The position numbers were made by a program, and so were the translations under genes. Positions 23,485 through 31,995 of a DNA stretch of 32,000 nt are shown here, in pieces. The first letter of the stretch is position 1, and each line of letters opens with the position of its first letter. This stretch comes from Candidatus Nanohalobium constans (lineage in GTDB: Archaea > Nanohalarchaeota > Nanosalinia > Nanosalinales > Nanosalinaceae). The notes under the pieces are model-generated. The model saw only the letters and a list, made by a program, of their open reading frames with translations. It searched no databases and had not been told where the DNA came from. The stretch lies in assembly GCF_009617975.1 (NCBI RefSeq), contig NZ_CP040089.1, positions 630,001-662,000 on the forward strand, written 5' to 3'.

Positions 23485-25578
23485 GTGATTACTATCAGAT
23501 CACCTCTGAAAAAAACACTTCTACTACTCACACTAACAACCCTAACAATCAGCCTAGGAACAGCACTTCAGTGGGACCAACCCGATGAAAACGCCCACAT
23601 AAACGATGAATTTGAACTAACAGTAACTGGCAATGATGGGCTAGATGACGTAGAGTTGTATTATGATGAAGGCGACGGCTGGGAGTCAGCAGACTCTATG
23701 AGTGAGTCTTCCACGAAAGGAACATATACTAAGACCGGCGTTGATTCTGATATAGGAAGCTATGAAGGTTTAGAGCTTAAGGCTAATACCTCAGGAGAAG
23801 ATTCCACAGACGATAGAACAGTTACTTTAGATGTTGGAGAGCCCCAAGTTGAGTACAATGGAGACGGCGAGTTTGTCCAAAAGGATCCTACAGTCACTTT
23901 CGAGGTTTCTGATGAGTACAGTGAAGTAACTGGAGCTGAGATCAGCGTTGATTCTAACGACGGGGATGTCTCTGTCGATGGAGATGATGAAAAAGACCCT
24001 AACTGCGACGTAGACGATACTTGTGATGTTGAATTTGATATTGATACTGAAGACTTAGAAGAAGGAGATGAGATTGAAGTAACTGTAACTGCTGATGATG
24101 AAGCAGGTAATATAGAGAAGCAGGATGAGACTTTCACTCTTGATTCTGAATGGGATGGTGATTCTAGTGCTAGTGTTGAGTGGGTTGAGTCTGAGAGTAG
24201 TGTTTTGACTGGTTTTGAGGATGAGGATCAGGATTTGGATATTTCTTTCCAGCCGGATACTGTTTCCGACACTACTGTTATTTGCGAGGTTGATGGTGAT
24301 GAGGTAGACAATGCAAATATCGATGCTTCTGATGAGGATGAGACTGCTAGTTGTGAGTTTGATAGTGATGATTATGCTGGCAGTAGTTTTGAGTTGACTG
24401 TTGAGGCTGAGGATGAGGCTGGTAACAGTGAGACGTTGGTTGATGAGAAGCGTATGGTTTGGGATACTGATGCTCCTAGTGTGGATCGTTTGGAGCAGCC
24501 TCAAGGTGTTTCTACTTTTAACAGTGGTTTTGATTTGAGTGTTTTGGTTAATGATGATGCTTCGGGTATTGAGTCCTTGGAGTATTACTTTGATGCTGGT
24601 ACCGAGTTAGGTGAGGGCAGCCAGGTTGATCTGGAGGATTCCGAGTCTACTGTTATTGATCATGATTTCAAGGTGGAGCCCGGTGACTTGAGCAGAGGGA
24701 GTCATACGGTTTATGTCCGTGCTGAAGACGGTACCGGATTAACCGATGTCTCAAGCTTTGATTTCGAGTATTATCCTAACAGGAATCCGGAGATTAACCT
24801 GGGTGCTCCTGACCGTTTTGAAGTGACTTCAGGGGAGTCGAAGACCTTTGATTTAAGTATTGAAAACGGCGCTCCTTTCTTCTTGAACAGCGTTGAAGTT
24901 ACTTCCAGCAGTGCTGCCTGGGACGGGACTAGAACAGTTACAGGGCTTGAGGAAGGTGACAGCGTTAAGAGAAGTATTACTGTCGATGCTTCCAGCCTTG
25001 ACGTCGGTGTTTACGATTTGAAGATTCAGACTGCTAACTATGATGCCTCAAAAACTGTTGAAGTTGTTGTAAGGGCGACCGAGGATCAGAAGCAGAGTAT
25101 CGAGTCAAGTCTTCAGGACTGGAAGAGCAAGAGAGATGTTTTGAACGAGAATATTTCCAAAATTGGAAATCTTGAAGCCAGCGATGAGGATATCAGTCAG
25201 TTTACTGAGACGGTTTCAAAGGCTGAGAAGGCTGCTGAGAAAGGTAATTACTACGAGGTAAAGTCTCATCTCTCAAGTATTGATTCAAGCTTTGAGCAGG
25301 CGTCTCAAACTTTCTCCGAGAAAAAGGATACGTTCCAGAAGAAGCAGAGGAATCAGATGTACTTGATCGGATTCTTCTTACTGGTTTTGATAGGTGGCGG
25401 TGGAGTCGCAGCCTATCTTTACAGCGGTGAGGAAGATGTTTCCGAGCTGATTCCGGAGGATTGGGACGTAGAGCTACCTGAAGAGATGCCTGAGATCGGT
25501 GTAAGAGAGAAGGTTGAGGAGCTTGTAGGCGAGGCTGAGGAAGAAGTTGAGGAAGAGACAGGTTACAGCTTCAAGTAA
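23485..25578 (+). CDS. large acidic cell-surface protein with Ig-like DxAGN repeats, a C-terminal TM anchor and an acidic tail
   Basis: It starts at GTG with a signal peptide (MITIRSPLKKTLLLLTLTTLTISLGTALQ). Three repeat cores are present: VTADDEAGN at 24094, VEAEDEAGN at 24409 and VRAEDGTG at 24721. A coiled segment follows, then a TM helix (MYLIGFFLLVLIGGGGVAAYLY) and a tail of about 60 aa rich in E. Confidence 0.7.
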   Translation: MITIRSPLKKTLLLLTLTTLTISLGTALQWDQPDENAHINDEFELTVTGNDGLDDVELYYDEGDGWESADSMSESSTKGTYTKTGVDSDIGSYEGLELKANTSGEDSTDDRTVTLDVGEPQVEYNGDGEFVQKDPTVTFEVSDEYSEVTGAEISVDSNDGDVSVDGDDEKDPNCDVDDTCDVEFDIDTEDLEEGDEIEVTVTADDEAGNIEKQDETFTLDSEWDGDSSASVEWVESESSVLTGFEDEDQDLDISFQPDTVSDTTVICEVDGDEVDNANIDASDEDETASCEFDSDDYAGSSFELTVEAEDEAGNSETLVDEKRMVWDTDAPSVDRLEQPQGVSTFNSGFDLSVLVNDDASGIESLEYYFDAGTELGEGSQVDLEDSESTVIDHDFKVEPGDLSRGSHTVYVRAEDGTGLTDVSSFDFEYYPNRNPEINLGAPDRFEVTSGESKTFDLSIENGAPFFLNSVEVTSSSAAWDGTRTVTGLEEGDSVKRSITVDASSLDVGVYDLKIQTANYDASKTVEVVVRATEDQKQSIESSLQDWKSKRDVLNENISKIGNLEASDEDISQFTETVSKAEKAAEKGNYYEVKSHLSSIDSSFEQASQTFSEKKDTFQKKQRNQMYLIGFFLLVLIGGGGVAAYLYSGEEDVSELIPEDWDVELPEEMPEIGVREKVEELVGEAEEEVEEETGYSFK

Positions 25579-25582
25579 GGAG

Positions 25583-25927
25583 CTAGATTATTCTCTCGGC
25601 TTCTCCAAATTCTTCTTTCATTATTCCTTTGTCTCTTACTGTGGTGATTATGTTTCTTAGTTCTTCTACATAGCTTTCATCTTTCGCTACTTTGTCTGCG
25701 ATATCGTTGAGCAGTATACCGGTTTGCGGGTCTTCTTTCAGGTCCTCTACTATCCTCTGATTGGCTCTCTTCTGGTTCAGGTATTGGGAGACCGCCGGCT
25801 GAGTAACTTCCAGTTGATCCGCTATCTCGTACTGGTTTAGGCCGTATTCGTCCTGGAGTCTTGAAGCTACTACGCTTCTGACCGCAGGAAGTAATTCTTC
25901 AGTTACTACTTCAGATTCGAATTTCAC
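25583..25927 (-). CDS. HTH-domain transcriptional regulator (COG2522-like)
   Basis: A helix-turn-helix is present (LNQYEIADQLEVTQPAVSQYLNQKR). The start is GTG. The gene is convergent with the surface-protein gene at 4 nt spacing. Confidence 0.7.
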   Translation of the reverse strand: MKFESEVVTEELLPAVRSVVASRLQDEYGLNQYEIADQLEVTQPAVSQYLNQKRANQRIVEDLKEDPQTGILLNDIADKVAKDESYVEELRNIITTVRDKGIMKEEFGEAERII

Positions 25928-26013
25928 AGTAAATGATAACGCCGTGATATTGTTAAATCAAACCATGGTGAAAGAAGAATAAGTTGAGAGAAAAACAGAG
26001 GAGAAAGAAAATG

Positions 26014-26355
26014 TTAGTGGTCTGCCTGGTTGACTTCCCGTGATAGTTTTTCTATATCTGCGCTGAGTGCTTCTAGTTTGCGGCTGACTCGTTCTTTTTC
26101 TTTGATGATGTTTTCCACTTTTTCGTATTTCCTTGCTGCTGTGTCGAGATGGTGTTTTTCGACATATGCTGCGTCGGTTTCCATCATGTTGTCGATGATT
26201 TCCTGTGCGATCTCTCCTAGAAGAAGGTTGAGACCGTAGTATACGTTTGATCGGACGTACTGTCCTTCTCCGGCTTTGTCTCTGATCATTCTTTTGATTC
26301 TAGCATGTGTGAACGGAAGGTCTTCTACTTCAGTATCGTTTGGGACTTCTACCAT
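26014..26355 (-). CDS. histone-fold (CBF/NF-Y/archaeal histone-like) protein with C-terminal coiled-coil extension
   Basis: DLPFTHARIKRMIRDKAGEGQYVRSNVYYGLNLLLGEIAQEIIDNMMETDAAYVEKHHLDTAARKY fits the alpha1-L1-alpha2-L2-alpha3 pattern. The ARIKRMI segment resembles the ARIKKIM segment of NF-YC/NC2. A heptad-like tail of about 35 aa follows (VENIIKEKERVSRKLEALSADIEKLSREV). Confidence 0.5.
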   Translation of the reverse strand: MVEVPNDTEVEDLPFTHARIKRMIRDKAGEGQYVRSNVYYGLNLLLGEIAQEIIDNMMETDAAYVEKHHLDTAARKYEKVENIIKEKERVSRKLEALSADIEKLSREVNQADH

Positions 26356-26466
26356 GTTATCACAGGCAAAAATTCGGGTTAGAAGCTTTTAATGCTTTGC
26401 AGAACCCGGGAAATGTTGAGTTAGTTTACCGATAGATATAAACCCGCTGGTAAGTGAAAATTGGTT

Positions 26467-26691
26467 ATGGTTGATTGGCAGGCCGTGAATCTGGGATTGG
26501 ATATCATCGTGAAAATAGTTTTTCTAGCAGTTTTCGTGGCTTCTCTGTACATGCTTAAGAGGATGGATGACCTGGTTCAGAAGGCTGAAGAGTCTGCCGA
26601 GTCTATCGAGGATACCGCTGAGAATATTGGTAGGATGATTGAGTTTGCCCGTAAGCTTCCTTTCACAGGTAAAAAAGGTGATGAGAGTTGA
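26467..26691 (+). CDS. small single-TM protein with helical tail (DUF948-like architecture)
   Basis: A TM segment (LGLDIIVKIVFLAVFVASLYML) is followed by an amphipathic acidic helix. The ATG at 26467 lies inside a TTG-started ORF. Confidence 0.45.
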   Translation: MVDWQAVNLGLDIIVKIVFLAVFVASLYMLKRMDDLVQKAEESAESIEDTAENIGRMIEFARKLPFTGKKGDES

Positions 26692-26936
26692 ACGAGTTTG
26701 TTGAGGCGGCTAAAGATTCTTCCAGTTCTGAGGATTCTGAGGATCGTTATAACAAGGTGAAGAAGGAAGAGGCCGGGACCGAGGATACTGATCCTGCGAA
26801 GCAGCGTTATAACGAGATTAAGGAGAAGGCTAAGAGAGAGTATAAGAAGCAGGAGGAAAGGCGTAAGGAGCGGCAGGAAAAGAAGGAGCAAGAAGAGGAG
26901 GAAACTGAGGAAGATCCTGGTTTCGTAACCTATTAA
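26688..26936 (+). CDS. hypothetical K/E-rich small protein
   Basis: An 82-codon ORF with only a TTG start, overlapping the upstream TGA (TTGA). It contains a repeated RYN(K/E)(V/I)K motif. The composition is low-complexity, so coding status is uncertain. Confidence 0.3.
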   Translation: MNEFVEAAKDSSSSEDSEDRYNKVKKEEAGTEDTDPAKQRYNEIKEKAKREYKKQEERRKERQEKKEQEEEETEEDPGFVTY

Positions 26937-26962
26937 AACCGGTTTTTACTTAATCTTTGTAC

Positions 26963-28132
26963 ATGGAGCTTGACAAAATACCTGATATTGCTAAATATTT
27001 GTCCGCAGTTTTTCTTTTTGCCTGGATTGGTCGGAGCACAGTCTGGAACTTTCTGCCCGTGTTCTTCGAGAATAATGTTGAGTCTGTTTTTCTTGTAGGT
27101 ATTTTGACCTCCATAGGTTCGGCAATACCTATACTTTTGGATATCCCGGTCGGCAACCTGGTTCAGAGAGCAGGTGAGAAAATAGTTATCTTAATCGGTT
27201 TGTTAACAGCCATTTTTCCCCCAATCTTCTACTACACTGCTTTTACACCTTTGCTTTTTGCTGGAAAACTGGTCGAAGGAGCTGCAAAGTCCTTGATCTG
27301 GAATGGAAGCTGGAGCTTGACTTTGAAGAGTTCAAGCGAGGAGAACAGCTCTGAATCAATTTCCGTATTTCTTTTAGGGATTAACATGGCGATAGTTATC
27401 GGTCCTGTGATTGGCGGGTTCCTGATACAGGGATACGGATTCGGGATTCCAATGGCTTTGTGGGTTCTCTCATCCTCATTAGCGGTTTTAGTTTACTACT
27501 TCTATATCGGGGCGGAGACTGAGAAAGGTTTGAAAAGCTCTACCGAGGATTTGCTGCACCGCAACACATACCTCAACGACTTCCATCACTTGAAGGAGAA
27601 CTGGGTTAATTTGAGGCAGGAACTTTCACTCATATTTCTTTACTCCATTATCTTCTCGTTTTACTGGCTTGCTGTTCCGCTTTTACTAGATCAGATGAAC
27701 GCTGATTTCACTACAATGGGTTTAATCTTTGGATTTGCAGCCCTGTCTAAAATATTCCAGTTTATCTTCGGCGACATAGCAGACAAGATCGGAAAACACC
27801 GTACAGTACGACTGTTGACAGTTTTACTGATACCTACTCTCTTCGCCATGTCACTGGTAGAAAGCCTGGTTTTGACCGGTGCATTGTTCTTCTTAGCCCG
27901 GGTATTCACATCAGGAATGTCTCCCGCCATCCACGGAATCTTCGATGAGGAAGTACCTAACGAGATAGAAGGAGAGATGACAGGTTTCAACGAACTAGCC
28001 AAACACATCGGGCAGACCATCGGACCGTTCTTCGCAGGAACAGTAGCATCAATCTGGAGCCTGAACGGTTCTTTCATCGCTGCATCCGGTGTAGCAGGGC
28101 TGATACTGCTTGCTTCCCTAATTGATTTTTGA
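26963..28132 (+). CDS. MFS-family transporter
   Basis: About 12 TM helices, a central loop and the motif GDIADKIGKHRTVRL (MFS motif A-like). The ORF-track start at 26957 is TTG. The first ATG is at 26963. Confidence 0.8.
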   Translation: MELDKIPDIAKYLSAVFLFAWIGRSTVWNFLPVFFENNVESVFLVGILTSIGSAIPILLDIPVGNLVQRAGEKIVILIGLLTAIFPPIFYYTAFTPLLFAGKLVEGAAKSLIWNGSWSLTLKSSSEENSSESISVFLLGINMAIVIGPVIGGFLIQGYGFGIPMALWVLSSSLAVLVYYFYIGAETEKGLKSSTEDLLHRNTYLNDFHHLKENWVNLRQELSLIFLYSIIFSFYWLAVPLLLDQMNADFTTMGLIFGFAALSKIFQFIFGDIADKIGKHRTVRLLTVLLIPTLFAMSLVESLVLTGALFFLARVFTSGMSPAIHGIFDEEVPNEIEGEMTGFNELAKHIGQTIGPFFAGTVASIWSLNGSFIAASGVAGLILLASLIDF

Positions 28133-28849
28133 GATCTCTGGAAACTCGAAGTTTCCGGCCTCTCTGGAGACTGCTGTCGCCTTCAAACCATCTACGCCGT
28201 ATTCTCTTAGAACCGGGCATAGGAATTCGCTGCGAGGCATATTGTTGACTTCAGAACCATTAGAGATCTTTGAGTAAGCTGGCAAGACAATGAGGCTCAA
28301 ATCCTCTTCGAGTTCTCCGTACAGAACACAGGATACTTTCTCCTTCACTCCTACGTCATCAGTTAATGCTAGTGCAGGGTGTTCATGACCCATGACGACC
28401 GTATCATACTCCTCATCAAAATTTCCGAGCTTCATGTGTCCGTGTGTAAACAGGATATCGTTTTCGACAAAGTAGTCTTTTAGTTCCAAGCCGTGTTTTT
28501 CAGCTGTGTTATCGAGTATCGTATCATGATTTCCTTTGATCAGGATGACTTCTTCGAAAGTTTCTTGCAGGAATTCTAGGAATTCATCGAGTTCCTGTTT
28601 TTCTGTGTAACTGGTTGAGTACTGGTTTTTCAGGTCGCCGTTGACAAGTATCCGTGACGCCTGTGTCTCGTCCTGAAGTTCCTGGATCTCTTCCTTGATG
28701 TCATCGAGTTGGAATTTAGGCACATAACTTCCTTTCGAGGTCATACTTCCTTCCAAGCCTAGGTGTAGGTCAGCTATAACCAGTAAGTCCATCTCTTCAT
28801 GGAAAATCGCTGGCTTGCCTTCTACCGTTTTGAATCCCTGGAACTTCAT
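28118..28849 (-). CDS. calcineurin-like metallophosphoesterase (COG1407 / MJ0037-type ICC-like)
   Basis: Motifs LLVIADLHLGLE, LVNGDLKN, IKGNHD, FTHGH and VMGHEHP. Confidence 0.8.
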   Translation of the reverse strand: MKFQGFKTVEGKPAIFHEEMDLLVIADLHLGLEGSMTSKGSYVPKFQLDDIKEEIQELQDETQASRILVNGDLKNQYSTSYTEKQELDEFLEFLQETFEEVILIKGNHDTILDNTAEKHGLELKDYFVENDILFTHGHMKLGNFDEEYDTVVMGHEHPALALTDDVGVKEKVSCVLYGELEEDLSLIVLPAYSKISNGSEVNNMPRSEFLCPVLREYGVDGLKATAVSREAGNFEFPEISKIN

Positions 28850-28879
28850 CTCAAAACATTGTTCTGCCTAAAATGTTTT

Positions 28880-29737
28880 CTACCTGTTCAACCTTTGCCA
28901 TACATTGAAGAATGATTCGAAGAATTCGTCCTCTGTGTTGACCTGTACAAAATCTGCTTTGTTCTCAGCTGCTTTCTCCTGTATCTCACCGATGTGATTC
29001 TGAAGCTTGCTCTGATACTTTGACTTTACTTTCCCTGTCAAGTATGTCCTAAGAGTTGAGCTTGACTCAGGATCTTCTAGAATTTTGTCGCCCTTCATGT
29101 CCGGATCCATTTCCTCCCCGGAAAGTGTTTGAACTAGGACAACCTCTGAGCCAGCCAAACTCTGCAATGCATCCTCAATTTTCTCGATGTCGACCAGGAA
29201 ATCGGAAAGAATCACTACGATAGACTTGTTTTTGATTCTTGAGCTGTACTGTGTCAAGCATTCTCCTACCTGGCTTTCCGGAGTTTTACGCAGAGAGTTC
29301 ATTGTATCTACCAGCTGACCGAGATTGGCGTTCCTGCGGGCGGCAGTCAAGTCAGTAAGTGTCTCTGAGAACACAGAGTACCTGAACCGGTCATTAGTTT
29401 TGTTAGCCATGTAAGCCAGACCTAACCCGATTTTAGCGGCGTACTCATACTTGTTTACACTGCCGTAGTCCATGGAACTGCTTCTATCCACCACTATATG
29501 AAGAGTAACATTTTTCTCCTCCTGAAACCTCTTGACAAAAAGTTCCTTGGTCCTGGCATACGCTTTCCAATCTATTTTCCGAATATCATCGCCAGGAACA
29601 TATTTTTTGTGGTCTTTGAAGATCATTCCCTGACCGGAAAAATCTGATTTCTGCTCCCCTTGATTCACTTCGACAGAATTCTTATCCAGAGCACGCTGAA
29701 ACCTGTCCAGCTCATCCAGGAAGTCTATCTCTATCAC
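28880..29737 (-). CDS. DUF58 (vWA-like) protein, MoxR partner
   Basis: RKIDWKAYARTKELFVKRFQEEKNVTLHIVVDRSSSMDYG is typical of DUF58. The start is GTG. The gene lies immediately downstream of MoxR. Confidence 0.8.
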   Translation of the reverse strand: MIEIDFLDELDRFQRALDKNSVEVNQGEQKSDFSGQGMIFKDHKKYVPGDDIRKIDWKAYARTKELFVKRFQEEKNVTLHIVVDRSSSMDYGSVNKYEYAAKIGLGLAYMANKTNDRFRYSVFSETLTDLTAARRNANLGQLVDTMNSLRKTPESQVGECLTQYSSRIKNKSIVVILSDFLVDIEKIEDALQSLAGSEVVLVQTLSGEEMDPDMKGDKILEDPESSSTLRTYLTGKVKSKYQSKLQNHIGEIQEKAAENKADFVQVNTEDEFFESFFNVWQRLNR

Positions 29738-29781
29738 TCAGATTTCACCTTTTGAAGGCTGATAGGGAAAACTTGTCTTCG

Positions 29782-30747
29782 TCATTGTTGTTCGATTATT
29801 TGATCTATAATTTTGTCCTCATTCATCCCCTGCTTCTCTGCCTGGAAACTTAATCCAATCCTGTGGCGTAGGACTGGTTTAGCTACTTCCTTAATATCTT
29901 TCTCTGAGACATGATTTCTTCCTTCGATCAATGCACGAGCCTTCGATGCCAGTACGATGTTCATCGAGGCTCTTGGAGAAGCACCATAATCCAGTTCCTC
30001 CTTTTCACGAGTGGCAGAGGCGATGTTTACGGCTTTTTCCCTGAGATCATTCGCTATAGGAACTTTTCTAGTGAACTCTTGCAAACGGATCAGAGAAGAG
30101 CGACTGATAACATTCTCAAGCTCTGGCTCAAAGTCCAGCTCAGAGGTAAACCGGTCTACGATTTTGTTCTCTTCCTCGAGGCTTGGATAATCTAGTTCAA
30201 CCTTCATCATGAAACGGTCTCTCTGTGCTTCCGGCAATGGATATGTTCCTTCCTGTTCAATCGGGTTCTGCGTAGCCATAAGGAAGAACGGGTCATCCAG
30301 GCTGTAAGAATTGTTGCCTACAGTTACCTGCTTCTCCTGCATCGCCTCAAGTAATGCGGACTGCGTTTTAGGAGTAGCACGGTTAATCTCATCCGCTAAA
30401 ATCATGTTAGCGAAAATAGGTCCTTTTTGGAATACGAAGTCAGTTGTATCTGCCGATTCATCGACTATATGCGTACCTGTGATATCGGACGGCATCAGAT
30501 CCGGCGTATTCTGTATACGGGAGAACTCCAGACCTAAAACTTTTGATATAGTGCTTATCATCTTTGTCTTACCCATTCCCGGGTTTGACTCGAGAAGTAT
30601 GTTCCCATCGCAAAGTATGGATATCAGGACCTGCTCTATAACATCTTCCTGACCGACCATTACCTTTCCTACTTCTTCCTTGACCTGCGCAAGGCGTTCA
30701 TTCGCTTTATCGTACTTGCCGGATTCATCCATACTGCTTACTTTCAT
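29782..30747 (-). CDS. moxR: MoxR-family AAA+ ATPase
   Basis: Walker A is ESNPGMGKTKM. Walker B and the MoxR signature read ILADEINRATPKTQSALLEAMQEKQVTV, followed by ATQNPIEQEGTYPLPEAQRDRF. Confidence 0.9.
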   Translation of the reverse strand: MKVSSMDESGKYDKANERLAQVKEEVGKVMVGQEDVIEQVLISILCDGNILLESNPGMGKTKMISTISKVLGLEFSRIQNTPDLMPSDITGTHIVDESADTTDFVFQKGPIFANMILADEINRATPKTQSALLEAMQEKQVTVGNNSYSLDDPFFLMATQNPIEQEGTYPLPEAQRDRFMMKVELDYPSLEEENKIVDRFTSELDFEPELENVISRSSLIRLQEFTRKVPIANDLREKAVNIASATREKEELDYGASPRASMNIVLASKARALIEGRNHVSEKDIKEVAKPVLRHRIGLSFQAEKQGMNEDKIIDQIIEQQ

Positions 30748-30806
30748 AGAAAATTACTAGACCACGATAGAATTTAAATTCTATACTACAACGCTGCAAC
30801 TAAACT

Positions 30807-31550
30807 TTAACCCGAGTCCCTGATAGCCAGGCTATACCTTCTCGCCAACTCAACATCCTCCGGCATACTAGGATCAGAAGACCGGAAAACAAAATCCTCA
30901 GAAGCCCCGGAACCACCAGAACCGTCAGAACCTCCACTAGCATCGCCAGTAACATTTATCTCAAGATCAGTAGCAGAGCCCTGAATATCCTTAGCCTCAC
31001 CATAAATCTCAGACCCATTCTTCAACTGCTCAGGCTCAGGATTAAGTATATCCTCAGGCTGCAACTGAGAGAAAACCTCCCTACTCTCCTGCACAGGCTG
31101 AAAATCAGTTAAACCAGACAAAGCAGTCAAAAAACTCAAAACACCTATCAAAACAATCTTCTTAATAATCTCGGCCCCCGGAATAATACTCTCAGAAGTA
31201 ACACTCCTCGCCCTCTGCATCAAATCATCAAACATCGCCTGAGAAACAACATTCTGACTATCCAAATTATCCCGCGCAGTCCTCAAAATCTCACGGAGCT
31301 GAGGATTCTCCTCCTCATAAATCTCCAACCTATACTTCCGAGAACGATAAACCCAATCAGCCAAGAGAAAGATGAAAGCTGAGGCTGCTAAGATCCGGTA
31401 ATGTAGAAAATCACTGACAAGAGTAATATTCAAAATAAACAGGACAAGGTTTACAGCTAGAAAGGCTGTTAACGAGTCCAGGAAAGCCTGGATAAGATTG
31501 ACCTTGATAAATTCTCTTCGAAGCCGCTTAAGCAGTTTCTCAACCCTCAT
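30807..31550 (-). CDS. hypothetical membrane protein associated with the MoxR module
   Basis: Two N-terminal TM helices, a helical cytoplasmic segment, a third TM helix, then an acidic Gly/Ser-rich region (ASGGSDGSGGSGASE). It overlaps the upstream gene by 11 nt. Confidence 0.5.
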   Translation of the reverse strand: MRVEKLLKRLRREFIKVNLIQAFLDSLTAFLAVNLVLFILNITLVSDFLHYRILAASAFIFLLADWVYRSRKYRLEIYEEENPQLREILRTARDNLDSQNVVSQAMFDDLMQRARSVTSESIIPGAEIIKKIVLIGVLSFLTALSGLTDFQPVQESREVFSQLQPEDILNPEPEQLKNGSEIYGEAKDIQGSATDLEINVTGDASGGSDGSGGSGASEDFVFRSSDPSMPEDVELARRYSLAIRDSG

Positions 31551-31995
31551 TGCTTGTTCCTACCTCATGACCCCATCGATTACAGTTATGCTCTGCTCCA
31601 GAACCTCCAGAGCTCTCCGCACATACAACACTCATAGAAGAGTTAATATCATTTAGAGTATCCTCTAAATCCCTGCTTTCCCGAGCATTCTCAACCTCAC
31701 TCTCCAACTCAGAAATCCTATCATTTTTCTCATCAACAGTATCACTCAAGTTCTGTTTCTCAGCCCTCAACTCACCTAAATCTCCCTCATACTCACGAAG
31801 CTTAACAGACATGTTGGAAACACGGGCATCCAACCGAGTTACTTCAGTATCCAAACTGTTTCTCTCTTCCTTGAGTTCGCTGATCCTGTTCTGTTTATCG
31901 CTGATTTGATCCTGAGATAAAACTGCAACACCCGCCAAAAGCGAAAGAGCAGCTACGGTAGAGATCAGGAGCAGCGGGTTCAGCCGTCGTTTCAA
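31540..31995 (-). CDS. hypothetical N-terminally anchored coiled-coil protein
   Basis: A signal anchor (KRRLNPLLLISTVAALSLLAGVAVL) is followed by about 90 aa of heptad-like sequence and a Cys-containing tail. The start given is TTG. The reading frame stays open to the window edge, so the true 5' end is uncertain. Confidence 0.45.
   Translation of the reverse strand: MKRRLNPLLLISTVAALSLLAGVAVLSQDQISDKQNRISELKEERNSLDTEVTRLDARVSNMSVKLREYEGDLGELRAEKQNLSDTVDEKNDRISELESEVENARESRDLEDTLNDINSSMSVVCAESSGGSGAEHNCNRWGHEVGTSNEG

Noticed and set aside
23760-24504. Minus-strand ORFs 23760..24137 and 24055..24504
   Set aside because: They are antisense to the surface-protein gene. Their products are S/T/I/L-rich low-complexity sequence. 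They stay open only because of the skewed composition.
26375-26408. Inverted repeat CGGGTT ... AACCCG in the spacer upstream of the histone-fold gene
   Set aside because: It is only a 6-bp stem with a loop of about 22 nt. That is too weak to call a terminator, a riboswitch or an operator.
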